The notes: generated by a model from the sequence alone, not told the origin. A stretch of DNA of 55,079 nt from an uncultured Candidatus Saccharibacteria bacterium (GCA_964561525.1 CAZLPY010000001.1:1-55079); one strand, 5' to 3'; positions 44,163 to 53,308 are shown, counted from the first letter of the stretch. A program made the numbers and translations.

Positions 44163-45803
44163 ATGGACGCACTGGGGTTAGCAAACCTGAAAGGGCAGGA
44201 AAAAGCAGTGGTATATATCCGGGTCTCCACTGAGGAGCAGGTGGAAAACTACTCGCTCGATACCCAAGCCGAAATCTGCACCAAAGAAGCCCAGAAGCGC
44301 AATATGCAGGTACTGCACGTATTTCGAGAGGAAGGAAGGTCAGCCAAGACCATCACCAAGCGTCCGATTCTCGTTGAGATGCTGGAGTTCTGCCGCAAAC
44401 ACAAGAAAGAGGTAGATGCGGTGATCGTCTATAGGTTAGATAGGGTATCACGGCAGACCACCGATTATCTCACCATTCGCAAAAAGCTCTCCGAATACGA
44501 GATTAAACTGATCTCCGCCACTGAACCAACCGGCAACAGTCCGACTGAGAAGTTTATTGAGACCATGTTGGCTGGGTTTGCTCAGATGGATAACGACGTG
44601 CGGGGTGAGCGCAGCCGCAACGGCCTCCGAGCTCGCTTTATGAATGGCTTGTGCAGTTATGTTACTCACGGCTACTTAAATCAGCATGGCTATATCGGGA
44701 AAGACCCGGAGAGTTTTGAGCAATTCAAGCAGGCCTGGGAGTTACTGGGAACGGGCACGAAAACGCTGCGGGAGATTGGAGATCTTCTTTACGACCAGGG
44801 TGTGCGGCAGAAGAAAAAGGGCGGCAAACTCCTGCCTCAGACCTTAAACCGCATTTTCCGCAATAAGTTTTATACCGGCGTGGTGGTCTCCAAGAAATAC
44901 GCTATGGAGGTCAAGGGGCAGCATCCAGCCATGATTACCGAGGAGCTGTTTTACCGCGTTCAAGCGATTCTTGACGGCCGCAACGTCAACTTGAAGCCGT
45001 CACTGACTAGACGAAGAAAAGATAACGCTGAGTTCCCGCTACGCCGAATTATCAAATGTGCCGCCTGTGGCTCCTCCTATTCGGGGGCCTGGAGCCAGGG
45101 CAAGCGCTCTCGCTATGCTTACTATTTCTGTGCCAAACGCTGCACAGAGTGCGGCTCCAAAGGTGTGGATGAGATGCAGCAAGAAGCGTACAAGGAGCTG
45201 GTAAAGATCAAAATTAACCCTAAGGCCATCACCCTCTTTAACGCTTGGCTGCGCCAGAAATACTTCCAGCGCATCAGCGACCTGCAGAAACGGCTAGACG
45301 ATGCCGATGAGGAGCTCAAGAGCCTCTATGAGCTGCGCCAAACCCTTATTGAGAAGAATCTGAAGGGTATTTATTCGGACGAGATCTTTAAGGAGCAGAA
45401 CCGCCATATTGAAGGTAAAATAAAAAATATCCAGTTCACCAAAAATGACGAGGTACTGGACAAGTACAACCTGGAAAAAATTACTACATTCGTCGAAATA
45501 AAACTCTCAGATGTGCCCCTAACCTTCTCACATTCAACGCTCAATGAGGTTAGGGTACTGCTGTGTTCAATATTCCCAGAAGGCATGCCATATGGTCGAA
45601 ATGGCTTTGTGAACACGCCGCCCAGCCCGTTTTATCAGGTTTTTCTGGGCTTTCCGCATACGGCTATCCCTTCTGGCGGAGAGGGAGGGATTCGAACCCT
45701 CGCTACGTACAAAGTACGTACTACAGGTTTAGCAAACCCGCCCCTTGAGCCACTTGGGTACCTCTCCATGCTTCGAATATTTTATCACGTAACAGTCAAT
45801 TGA
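44163..45803 (+). CDS. large serine recombinase (E2 integrase); the last ~40 codons read antisense through tRNA-Ser
   Basis: KAVVYIRVSTEEQ (catalytic Ser), LDRVSRQ, a zinc ribbon (CAACGSSYSG...YFCAKRCTECGS) and a coiled coil. It is homologous to the E1 recombinase. Confidence 0.85.
   Translation: MDALGLANLKGQEKAVVYIRVSTEEQVENYSLDTQAEICTKEAQKRNMQVLHVFREEGRSAKTITKRPILVEMLEFCRKHKKEVDAVIVYRLDRVSRQTTDYLTIRKKLSEYEIKLISATEPTGNSPTEKFIETMLAGFAQMDNDVRGERSRNGLRARFMNGLCSYVTHGYLNQHGYIGKDPESFEQFKQAWELLGTGTKTLREIGDLLYDQGVRQKKKGGKLLPQTLNRIFRNKFYTGVVVSKKYAMEVKGQHPAMITEELFYRVQAILDGRNVNLKPSLTRRRKDNAEFPLRRIIKCAACGSSYSGAWSQGKRSRYAYYFCAKRCTECGSKGVDEMQQEAYKELVKIKINPKAITLFNAWLRQKYFQRISDLQKRLDDADEELKSLYELRQTLIEKNLKGIYSDEIFKEQNRHIEGKIKNIQFTKNDEVLDKYNLEKITTFVEIKLSDVPLTFSHSTLNEVRVLLCSIFPEGMPYGRNGFVNTPPSPFYQVFLGFPHTAIPSGGEGGIRTLATYKVRTTGLANPPLEPLGYLSMLRIFYHVTVN
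45674..45767 (-). tRNA. tRNA-Ser (anticodon GCU), CCA encoded
   Basis: Hand-folded. Acceptor GGAGAGG/CCTCTCC, anticodon stem CGGGT/ACCTG with loop TTGCTAA, a long variable arm, and T arm GAGGG-TTCGAAT-CCCTC. Confidence 0.85.
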
Positions 45804-45807
45804 GCAA
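45779..45807 (-). promoter_or_regulatory. candidate sigma70-type promoter of the tRNA-Ser(GCU)/tRNA-Arg unit
   Basis: On the minus strand: TTGCTC, a 17-nt spacer, then TAAAAT, ending 11 nt before the tRNA 5' end. Confidence 0.4.
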
Positions 45808-45855
45808 CATGCACATTCGCGCAATAAACTTGCGACAAAAAAATACCTTGCTGAC

Positions 45856-45895
45856 AAAAGAAAAACCGCACCAACCTATTAAAGGTCAGTGCGGT
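45856..45895 (-). terminator. rho-independent terminator
   Basis: ACCGCAC pairs with GTGCGGT. On the minus strand it is followed by TTTTTCTTTT, downstream of the 45918..46493 gene. Confidence 0.6.
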
Positions 45896-45917
45896 ATAAA
45901 TGCACAAAGGGAATACT

Positions 45918-46493
45918 CTACTCTCGTTGAAACCATGTTCTCTTCTGGTCTTCGGGATCGATATTGCACTCCTTGAGAATGTATTTGCTGTGCCTATATT
46001 CGTCCAGGTTCTTCACGATACGAGAATGATGTTCTACCAAATCCAAACTGCTATTCTCCTCATCATTGTTGTGCAGTACTTCTTTCACTGCATCCCATAT
46101 CGGAACTTCGAGCCAATATTTGTGCCACAACACCGCTGTCTCAATACTGTCATGGTGCCATTCGCCGAACCCTTGCGTTATTCGCACTTCGAATGCCCAG
46201 CTTCCCACGGGGTATACCTTGTCACCATTTTCACTTTGCAGCTCCTGCAGTTGCTCCGGCACACCGACGATAATTTGATCTTTGTAGCGACGAAGATGCA
46301 GATCATTGATTGTCAGGCCCTTACAAATCTCGAGAATGCGGGCTGCCAGTTTAGAGGTAATTGCGCGATATTCGCTCTCGGTCATACCCCGCAAAACTTC
46401 GGTCAGCGCTTTAGCTCCCCTCCAGCTATCCTCGACAGCCGCTTCCGGCTGTGTAGCATCTATGGGCTCATATCCCTGACGTTCGGTGCTCAT
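45918..46493 (-). CDS. hypothetical protein (191 aa)
   Basis: The minus-strand ORF has normal, charged protein composition and its own terminator. The overlapping plus-strand ORF 45900..46559 is Cys/Phe/His-rich and looks like a shadow ORF. Confidence 0.6.
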   Translation of the reverse strand: MSTERQGYEPIDATQPEAAVEDSWRGAKALTEVLRGMTESEYRAITSKLAARILEICKGLTINDLHLRRYKDQIIVGVPEQLQELQSENGDKVYPVGSWAFEVRITQGFGEWHHDSIETAVLWHKYWLEVPIWDAVKEVLHNNDEENSSLDLVEHHSRIVKNLDEYRHSKYILKECNIDPEDQKRTWFQRE

Positions 46494-46688
46494 TGCATGT
46501 CTCCTTGTTGTTTAGGTGTTTCACGCGTGACCGAGGTTTTGAGGCCTTTTTCAGCGTGATGCACCATCATAGCATAGTATTTTAACTTTGTCAATACCCT
46601 GATTGACATTATTAATCTTATTACTAGCATATTGACTCTACAAAAGCAATGATATATTATTACTATGTAAAACAATTATTGGACAGAT

Positions 46689-47426
46689 ATGCTAGATTTA
46701 AGTACACTACAATCCATCGGATTAACCAAAAGTGAAGCTGAGCTGTATGTAGTCAGCCTAGAATTAGGAGCGACATCGGCTATCCAGTTAGGCCAAAAAG
46801 CCGGTCTTTCGCGCCAAATGATTTACGTATTGCTGCCATCATTACTTGAAAAAGGCCTAATGAAGCAGGTATCAATTGGCAAGCGGCATTATTACCAGGC
46901 GGTGAACCCCGATGTGCTAACCGACAAAGCCAAAGAGGTGGTGAGGGAGGTTGAGCAACTGGTGCCGGAGTTAAAATCTCGGACCGCATCAAGCAAAGCG
47001 CTACCGCTGGTTACTATCTACGACAACCCAATCAGTATGCGCGAATGGTACCGGCAGTTCATGAAGGAGGCTAAGCGCGACGAGGTGATGTACATTTGGT
47101 CGTGCGTAGTGGATTGGTACGGCCTTGACCGCGAATTCTACGACAAATACATGCAGTTCCAAGCTAAGAAGGGCATTCAGACCTATGTGCTAGCGCCAGA
47201 TACCCCGAAGGTGCGCGAAGTAACTAAGGCAATTGGTAATCCGGCTAAGCAATATCGGTATTTGAAGGAGGGATGGAGTAGCGCAACCGAAACTTTGATA
47301 TGGCGAGACCAAATCCTATTGCTAACCATAAGCGGAAATGCTACTAATTTGATCGTGATCGAATCAGCCTCTTTAGCCGAGATGGAGCGAGCAAAATTTA
47401 TGCAAGCCTGGGTCAATAACAAATGA
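46689..47426 (+). CDS. TrmB-family transcriptional regulator
   Basis: The N-terminal wHTH is LGLTKSEAELYVVSLELGATSAIQLGQKAGLSRQMIYVLLPSLLEKGLM. Confidence 0.7.
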   Translation: MLDLSTLQSIGLTKSEAELYVVSLELGATSAIQLGQKAGLSRQMIYVLLPSLLEKGLMKQVSIGKRHYYQAVNPDVLTDKAKEVVREVEQLVPELKSRTASSKALPLVTIYDNPISMREWYRQFMKEAKRDEVMYIWSCVVDWYGLDREFYDKYMQFQAKKGIQTYVLAPDTPKVREVTKAIGNPAKQYRYLKEGWSSATETLIWRDQILLLTISGNATNLIVIESASLAEMERAKFMQAWVNNK

Positions 47427-48142
47427 AGGATCTTCAAGCCGCACTTAAAACATGGACGCTTGATACCCTGTTCCCGCGCAGTTGTGTTGGATGTGGAATG
47501 GCGGATCAGGCAATCTGTGACCAGTGTTTTGCGGAAATCGTGCGCATCGAACAGCAAGCGTGCTTTCGCTGCGGTAAAATCTCTGAGCTTGGGCGCACCT
47601 GCAGGACCTGCCGAGCACACTCGCATCTGTTTCAAGTGCTAGCTGCCGCTCATTATGCCGATGGGCCGCTCCGCGAAGCGTTGCACACCGTGAAATATCA
47701 TGGCCGGCTTGATCTGACCCGCCCACTCGTAGATTTAATCACGGGCAATCAACAGATTGATTGCTGGCTGCGGGCCCAAGATCCACAGCACACAATTCTC
47801 GTTCCAGTGCCGCTTGCACGCAGGCGGTTGTGGAAGCGCGGCTTTAATCAAAGTGCACTGCTGAGCCAGCACCTAAGCAACCAGTACGACCTACCCATGA
47901 ACACAAAACTGCTGCAGCGCAGGCGGAACACCGCTACCCAAGTAGCTTTGCACCGAGCAATGCGGCAGCAAAATGTGATGGACGCATTCGTGAGCTTGCG
48001 TAGCGAGACCATCAGCCGCCACACCATCATTTTAGTCGATGATATTATGACCACCGGAGCAACCTTGACCGCCTGCGCTGAGGCACTGCACTCGGCCGGT
48101 GCGCGCAGAATTTGTGCATTGGCCTTGGCCAGAGCGGAGTAG
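47423..48142 (+). CDS. comFC: ComF-family phosphoribosyltransferase-domain protein
   Basis: An N-terminal double CxxC zinc finger (CVGCG...CDQC, CFRCG...CRTC) and the PRT motif IILVDDIMTTGATL. There is an ATGA overlap with the trmB-like gene. Confidence 0.8.
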   Translation: MKDLQAALKTWTLDTLFPRSCVGCGMADQAICDQCFAEIVRIEQQACFRCGKISELGRTCRTCRAHSHLFQVLAAAHYADGPLREALHTVKYHGRLDLTRPLVDLITGNQQIDCWLRAQDPQHTILVPVPLARRRLWKRGFNQSALLSQHLSNQYDLPMNTKLLQRRRNTATQVALHRAMRQQNVMDAFVSLRSETISRHTIILVDDIMTTGATLTACAEALHSAGARRICALALARAE

Positions 48143-48227
48143 ACAAAATTGTAAATTCGAATTTAAAACTTGAGAGTTTAGCGCCATCGGATGTATACTA
48201 ACTAATGAGATTTAAGGAGTAGTAACT

Positions 48228-48590
48228 ATGACAAATGAATCATCGGATGAGCACACAGACGACGGACAGCTGGCCATTGACGTGTTCCAAACGGTGGAAA
48301 ATATCGTCCTCCAGGCCCCAATAGCGGGGGTGCGACCGGAGGATTTAGACATCGCCATCACCGATGAAACGGTAGTGATTAAAGGCGAGCGCCACAATCA
48401 ATTGAAATCAGAGGGTGACGAATATTTGGTGCAGGAGTGTTACTGGGGTCCATTTTCACGAACGTACGTACTGCCGGCTCAAGTAATCGCCGATAAAGCC
48501 TCCGCGGTGCTAAAAGAAGGCATCTTGACCATCAGCATCCCCAAAGATTCCCGCTCAAAAACACACACACTGACCGTTCAAGCAGGATAA
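48228..48590 (+). CDS. Hsp20/alpha-crystallin family small heat-shock protein
   Basis: LAIDVFQT ... VIKGER ... GPFSRTYVLP ... LKEGILTISIPK. AAGGAG lies upstream of the ATG. Confidence 0.8.
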   Translation: MTNESSDEHTDDGQLAIDVFQTVENIVLQAPIAGVRPEDLDIAITDETVVIKGERHNQLKSEGDEYLVQECYWGPFSRTYVLPAQVIADKASAVLKEGILTISIPKDSRSKTHTLTVQAG

Positions 48591-48592
48591 CC

Positions 48593-49489
48593 ATGATCAA
48601 TCGTCCACCAGTGCGGAAGGCGGTCATTCCGTGTGCTGGCTACGGCACGCGCTTTTTGCCGGCTACCAAGGCCAATCCGAAAGAGATGATGCCGATTGTG
48701 GATAAGCCAGTGATTCAATACATCATCGAAGAGGCGGTGGCTTCGGGCATTGAAGAGATTGTGTTGATCACCGGAAGCAACAAACGCGCCATTGAAGATC
48801 ATTTCGATTACAACTTTGAACTTGAGGAAATGCTGAAGCGGGCTGGCAAATTAGATCAATACCGCCAGATTCGCGAAATTTCGGACATGGCTAAGTTCAT
48901 CTACGTACGGCAAAAGGAGCAACTGGGCAACGGGCACGCGGTGCTGCAGGCCAAAGAAGTAATCGGCGACGAACCATTTGTGGTGATATGGGGCGATGAA
49001 TTATTTGACGCCAACCCTCCGCGCATTAAGCAAATGATTGATACTTATCAACAACATGGCGGAGCGGTGATCGCCTCGTATACTACGGACGACCCCGAAG
49101 CGCCATATCGCTACGGCATCGTGCGGGGTCGCCGCCTCGATGCTCACGTGACTGAGCTGGATGAAATTTTGGAAAAGCCGGGCGACGGGGTTGCCGGCCC
49201 ATGGCAAGTAGCGGTAGGAGGTTATGTGTTTCCCCCCAGTATTTTTAAGCATCTTGAGACCGTCCAACCGGGTAAAGGAGGTGAGATTTGGCTGGTTGAT
49301 GCCATCTCACAGTTAGCACGTGAGGAGCCGATATACGCCTACGAAATTGAAAATGGCCGCTACTATGATTGTGGCAATAAACTGGAGTATTTGAAGGTAA
49401 ATATTGATTTTGCTTTAAAAAGATCGGATATTGGTAGAGAGCTGCGGCAGTATTTGGAAGTTGTAATGAAGGGGCATGATGTCAAATAA
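48593..49489 (+). CDS. galU: UTP--glucose-1-phosphate uridylyltransferase
   Basis: KAVIPCAGYGTRFLPATKANPKEMMPIVDKPVIQYIIEEA is the canonical GalU N-terminus. 298 aa. Confidence 0.9.
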   Translation: MINRPPVRKAVIPCAGYGTRFLPATKANPKEMMPIVDKPVIQYIIEEAVASGIEEIVLITGSNKRAIEDHFDYNFELEEMLKRAGKLDQYRQIREISDMAKFIYVRQKEQLGNGHAVLQAKEVIGDEPFVVIWGDELFDANPPRIKQMIDTYQQHGGAVIASYTTDDPEAPYRYGIVRGRRLDAHVTELDEILEKPGDGVAGPWQVAVGGYVFPPSIFKHLETVQPGKGGEIWLVDAISQLAREEPIYAYEIENGRYYDCGNKLEYLKVNIDFALKRSDIGRELRQYLEVVMKGHDVK

Positions 49490-50879
49490 ACTATTCGCCA
49501 CAATTGCGGTGATTTTGGTGCTGGCTTTAATTGTAGGCGGCTCGATCATCTTGCTCGCCGGTGGTCGTAAATCGAGCACCTCAGGCACTTCCACCAGCAA
49601 AACAAATCCATCCGATAAAGTGACGTTAACCATTTGGCGCACCTTCGATGACAATACTGCCTTTAGCCAAGCCATTGATGCGTATCAGGCCGATCATCCC
49701 AACGTCACTATTCAATATCAAAAAAAGGATTTGGCCGATTATGAAGTGCAATCCCTGAACGCCCTCGCGGCCGGGACTGGACCGGATATCTGGAGCATTG
49801 ACGCTAACTGGATGGCTCGACACGTCAATAAGCTACTGCCCCTCCCTGATGATTTTTTTAAAAACGCTAAAACCAAGGAAGACCGCTCAAACGAGCAGTA
49901 TTACAACGCTACCTGGGCCCCGGTAACCGCCGGAGTGAACGTGATTGACCACAAGGTGTACGGCTTGCCGTTGTATTTGGATACCTTAGCGCTCTACATC
50001 AATAACGATTTATGGGGTGCGGCGCGGAATCAATATCGTCAAGATCACGCGAACGATAACAACTTCGATGACGCGCTATTTCGCCATCCACCAGCCACCT
50101 GGAATGAGCTGCTCGATGAGCTGCCCTATCTGACTAAAAAAGACAGTAGCGGAACCATCACCCAAGCCGGGGTTGCGCTTGGTACCAGCAATAACATTAC
50201 CAACTCAGCCGATATGTTGTCGCTGCTGATGCTACAAAACGGCACCAAAATGGTTGACACCGGCCAAAAAAGCGCCCGGTTTAATACATTTCAAAATGAT
50301 GCGTCGGGCAAACCGGTGTACAACGGCACCAACGCGCTCGATTTTTACACTAGCTTTGCTCGGGCCGATAAATCCAATTATTCATGGAACAGTACTGAAC
50401 CGGATTCGGTTCAAGCGTTCGTCGATGGCAAGGTGGCGATCATTATTGGCTACCAATACCTCACTCAAAGTTTGAAGCAACGTGCGCCAACGCTTGATTT
50501 TGATACGGCTCCGATGCCCCAAGTAAAGGGTGGTCAGCCTGTCAATTATGCTTCATTTTGGACTGAAACGGTGACTAACAACTCCAGACATGCGGACGTT
50601 GCGTGGGATTTTTTGGCCTCGTTGGCACTCCGCCCGATCACCTATTTGCAAGTGACTAAACGATCTTCTGCACTGCTGACAGACATCCAAACTAACTCAT
50701 CCGATGTGTTCCCATCGCAAAGCCTCACTGCTCAGATGTGGCCAAAGGGTAAATCGTCAGACGAGGTGGATGGCATCTTCAATCAGATGATCGATAACGT
50801 CGTAAACAAAAAACAGCCGCTGCAAAGCACCATCGATGCTGCTGCCTCTAGCGTGAGCTCGCTGCTGCAGAAAGACTGA
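49476..50879 (+). CDS. extracellular solute-binding protein (sugar ABC type), TM-anchored, with no cognate permease genes nearby
   Basis: An N-terminal TM anchor and family-1 SBP-like blocks (DIWSIDANWMARHV, YGLPLYLDTLALYINNDLW). It overlaps the galU end by 14 nt. Confidence 0.6.
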   Translation: MMSNKLFATIAVILVLALIVGGSIILLAGGRKSSTSGTSTSKTNPSDKVTLTIWRTFDDNTAFSQAIDAYQADHPNVTIQYQKKDLADYEVQSLNALAAGTGPDIWSIDANWMARHVNKLLPLPDDFFKNAKTKEDRSNEQYYNATWAPVTAGVNVIDHKVYGLPLYLDTLALYINNDLWGAARNQYRQDHANDNNFDDALFRHPPATWNELLDELPYLTKKDSSGTITQAGVALGTSNNITNSADMLSLLMLQNGTKMVDTGQKSARFNTFQNDASGKPVYNGTNALDFYTSFARADKSNYSWNSTEPDSVQAFVDGKVAIIIGYQYLTQSLKQRAPTLDFDTAPMPQVKGGQPVNYASFWTETVTNNSRHADVAWDFLASLALRPITYLQVTKRSSALLTDIQTNSSDVFPSQSLTAQMWPKGKSSDEVDGIFNQMIDNVVNKKQPLQSTIDAAASSVSSLLQKD

Positions 50880-50880
50880 G

Positions 50881-52068
50881 ATGTTTAAACGGAGGGCTTT
50901 TCTGGCGCTCTACTCAATGTCAGCTGGGCTATTTTTGATCTTGACCTCGCTCGGCTCACCGGTGCATGCCCAATCCAATAATCGATTTTCGCTTGAGGTA
51001 CCGGAGACAAAAACTGACTTTCCGATTGCGGGTGAAGTGGGAATAGATTTGGCAGGACGGCATCTGCCGCAGATCATCGTTGCCGTTGGTACAGACGGTC
51101 AAGCGATCGGCTACGATACGCTTGAACTGTGGATCGATAACTCCCGCAAAACACATTGGGACGGCGTTGCAGATACGCAAGTACTTTCTCCGTCGTCCTA
51201 TACCTGGTCAATGTGCGCCGGAAATGCATCCCCGTACAACGGCGCTCATACCGTCACGCTGCATGGTAAATCAGCGGTACAGCCTGATGATGTATTGGCC
51301 AGCTTGACCTTCTACACCTCTAACATCGATTCTGCCACCATCTGTCAAGCCGCTGATTCAAGCGGAGCTCCGACACTGACTTTATCTACTGCTAGTACCA
51401 CCAGTAATCCTAAGATTACCACCGCCACCTTGACTATTGCGGGCGTGGATGCAAGCCAGTTTTGTGGTCAAAACAGCGTGGTTCTGACCGTTAGCCCACC
51501 CGAGGTAAATAATGAAAAGGGTACGTTTTGCGGACCATCATCGCCGACTCTGCAGCAGGTCAGTTGGGACAGCTCAGGATCTGCTCCTGGTTCCTACACA
51601 TTGCAGGCCAAATCAGCCAATCAAACCAGTAGTGGATCAAACATTACCAGCAACAGAGCACAAGTTACGGTACAAAGTGACGGATCAGTCACCAATACAT
51701 CTGGATCAGCCTCACCCGCAGCTGGTACAACGAATCCTACAACAAACGCACCAAGCTCCGTTAGCCTTGGGCCACTAACCTTTACCGTGCCAAACTTGAG
51801 CCGCCTCGATGGTAAATCCCCCGCTGATTTAGCTGGGCAAGTGATTAACGTACTATTAGAGTACATCCTGATCGTGGTCAGCGCCTTTGCCTTATTTGCA
51901 TTCCTGTATAGTGGCGTTATGTACGGTCTGTCTTTCGGAGACGCCGCCAAGGCGGAAAAAGCGAAAAAGAACTTGCAATGGGCGGTATACGGGGTGATTG
52001 TGGTCATTCTAAGCGCTTCATTGCTTGGAATGATTAGCACCCTGCTCCACGCCATTAAGTCACCATAG
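50881..52068 (+). CDS. secreted ~300-aa domain fused to a C-terminal VirB2/TrbC-like pilin module
   Basis: Signal peptide ending in VHAQ, a Ser/Thr-rich region, then LFAFLYSGVMYGLSFGDAAKAEKAKKNLQWAVYGVIVVILSA. This last block matches the motif of the four downstream small proteins. Confidence 0.65.
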   Translation: MFKRRAFLALYSMSAGLFLILTSLGSPVHAQSNNRFSLEVPETKTDFPIAGEVGIDLAGRHLPQIIVAVGTDGQAIGYDTLELWIDNSRKTHWDGVADTQVLSPSSYTWSMCAGNASPYNGAHTVTLHGKSAVQPDDVLASLTFYTSNIDSATICQAADSSGAPTLTLSTASTTSNPKITTATLTIAGVDASQFCGQNSVVLTVSPPEVNNEKGTFCGPSSPTLQQVSWDSSGSAPGSYTLQAKSANQTSSGSNITSNRAQVTVQSDGSVTNTSGSASPAAGTTNPTTNAPSSVSLGPLTFTVPNLSRLDGKSPADLAGQVINVLLEYILIVVSAFALFAFLYSGVMYGLSFGDAAKAEKAKKNLQWAVYGVIVVILSASLLGMISTLLHAIKSP

Positions 52069-52077
52069 CGGATTATC

Positions 52078-52482
52078 ATGCACTCATTTATCCAGATTAT
52101 TTTAGACAAGGCGCGCCAGGCTAATCCATCAATTCGGGATCAAACCGATTTTGACCTGGGAACCGTGGTAGTACTGCTGGATTATCTCCGTACTTTCCTG
52201 GTCGGTATCGCCGCCTTTAACGCCATAATGGGCACGTTATTGGTGGGCTATCAGTACTTCACCGCCTTTGGCGACGAGGCAAAAGCAGCGGCCGCCAAAA
52301 AAACGCTATACTGGATTATCATTGGAATGATTGTTATCATCATGAGCGAAGTAATTGTGTACGAGATGGAGCGGGTGGTGATTGGCACCAACAGCCAGCC
52401 GGTGCCGATTCAGCAAACTACTAGTCCATTTACGAGCAGCCCCACCACACCAACCACTCCGACTACCCCAACCGGACCGTAA
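52078..52482 (+). CDS. VirB2/TrbC-like pilin paralog with a Pro/Thr-rich tail
   Basis: LVGYQYFTAFGDEAKAAAAKKTLYWIIIGMIVIIMS, with a C-terminal PTTPTTPTTPTGP tail. Confidence 0.65.
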   Translation: MHSFIQIILDKARQANPSIRDQTDFDLGTVVVLLDYLRTFLVGIAAFNAIMGTLLVGYQYFTAFGDEAKAAAAKKTLYWIIIGMIVIIMSEVIVYEMERVVIGTNSQPVPIQQTTSPFTSSPTTPTTPTTPTGP

Positions 52483-52485
52483 AAC

Positions 52486-52791
52486 ATGGCCATTGACGTT
52501 CCTCAAATCACTAAATTCTTTGAACCGATCCACCCCAGCGGTGCCCCGACAGCCACCTCACCAAGCTTTTTGCCAGAGATTGTTTTTTTTGTGGTCTATT
52601 TATTCCTCACAATCGCCGGTATCGTCACCACCATCGCTATTATCTACGGCGGTATTCTGTACATTACCTCCGCTGGCGATGAAGCCAAGGCTGGGAAGGG
52701 CCGCGCTGCGATTATCAACGGAGTAATCGGGTCAATTATTGTAATACTGTCAGCCGCTGCAATCCGTTCCATTCAAAAAGTATTGGGCTAA
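52486..52791 (+). CDS. VirB2/TrbC-like pilin paralog
   Basis: IIYGGILYITSAGDEAKAGKGRAAIINGVIGSIIVILSA. Two hydrophobic helices flank the charged loop. Confidence 0.7.
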   Translation: MAIDVPQITKFFEPIHPSGAPTATSPSFLPEIVFFVVYLFLTIAGIVTTIAIIYGGILYITSAGDEAKAGKGRAAIINGVIGSIIVILSAAAIRSIQKVLG

Positions 52792-52833
52792 ATTTGACAA
52801 TTGCCACGGTCATTGACTAAGCTTAAAAGATAA

Positions 52834-53244
52834 ATGAATACTAGCCTGCTATCTAAAACCTATGCAATCGCTTATGCCACGCTGGCGCAACTTGGGCCGG
52901 GTGGATCTGGCGGCACTGGAACCGTCGGCGGTTCGAGTACGATTGAGAATAAGCTCCGTCAAGAGCTTAATAGTGGCAATAACTACTACACGCCATTACA
53001 ACCGACGACTCAGGTCTACACGATCGGGCAACTGATAGATGCCATCATTACGTTCATTCTCTACGCCGCCGGAATTACGGCGACCATCTACTTGCTGTGG
53101 GCTGGCATCACCTACATCACTTCAGCCGGAGACGAAGCCAAGGCCACCAAGGCCCGGCAGGCCATTGTAAACGCCATTATCGGTATTATTGTGATAATAC
53201 TCGCTTTTGTGATTGAAAAAGCGGTGGCTAAGCTGTTCGCTTAA
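52834..53244 (+). CDS. VirB2/TrbC-like pilin paralog
   Basis: LLWAGITYITSAGDEAKATKARQAIVNAIIGIIVIILAFVIEKA. Confidence 0.7.
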   Translation: MNTSLLSKTYAIAYATLAQLGPGGSGGTGTVGGSSTIENKLRQELNSGNNYYTPLQPTTQVYTIGQLIDAIITFILYAAGITATIYLLWAGITYITSAGDEAKATKARQAIVNAIIGIIVIILAFVIEKAVAKLFA

Positions 53245-53308
53245 GTTTAAGAGTTTGCTTTTTTTTCCAAACCATATTACGATTGAATTATTGACTAGGA
53301 GGATCTGA

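Larger units (their letters stand above)
32635..45691. mobile_element. E2: ~13-kb integrative mobilizable/conjugative-type element in the 3' end of tRNA-Ser(GCU)
   Basis: It is bounded by an 18-nt direct repeat matching the tRNA 3' end. It carries a serine recombinase, a replication-relaxation protein, a coupling-protein-like ATPase, AbiE and a nuclease cargo. Confidence 0.7.

Noticed and set aside
27540-45691. Interpretation of E1/E2 as prophages
   Set aside because: I recognised no terminase, portal, capsid, tail or lysis genes. The content fits integrative/mobilizable elements instead.
45900-46559. 219-aa plus-strand ORF overlapping the 45918..46493 minus-strand ORF
   Set aside because: Its translation is Cys/Phe/His/Leu-rich and lacks charged residues. 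The minus-strand ORF has normal composition, its own terminator and fits the local operon logic. I treated the plus-strand ORF as a shadow ORF.
52441-52479. Short tandem DNA repeat (ccaaccact/ccgactacc type) as an independent repeat feature
   Set aside because: It lies in-frame within the pilin paralog and encodes the PTTPTTPTTPTGP tail. It is coding low complexity, not a separate element.
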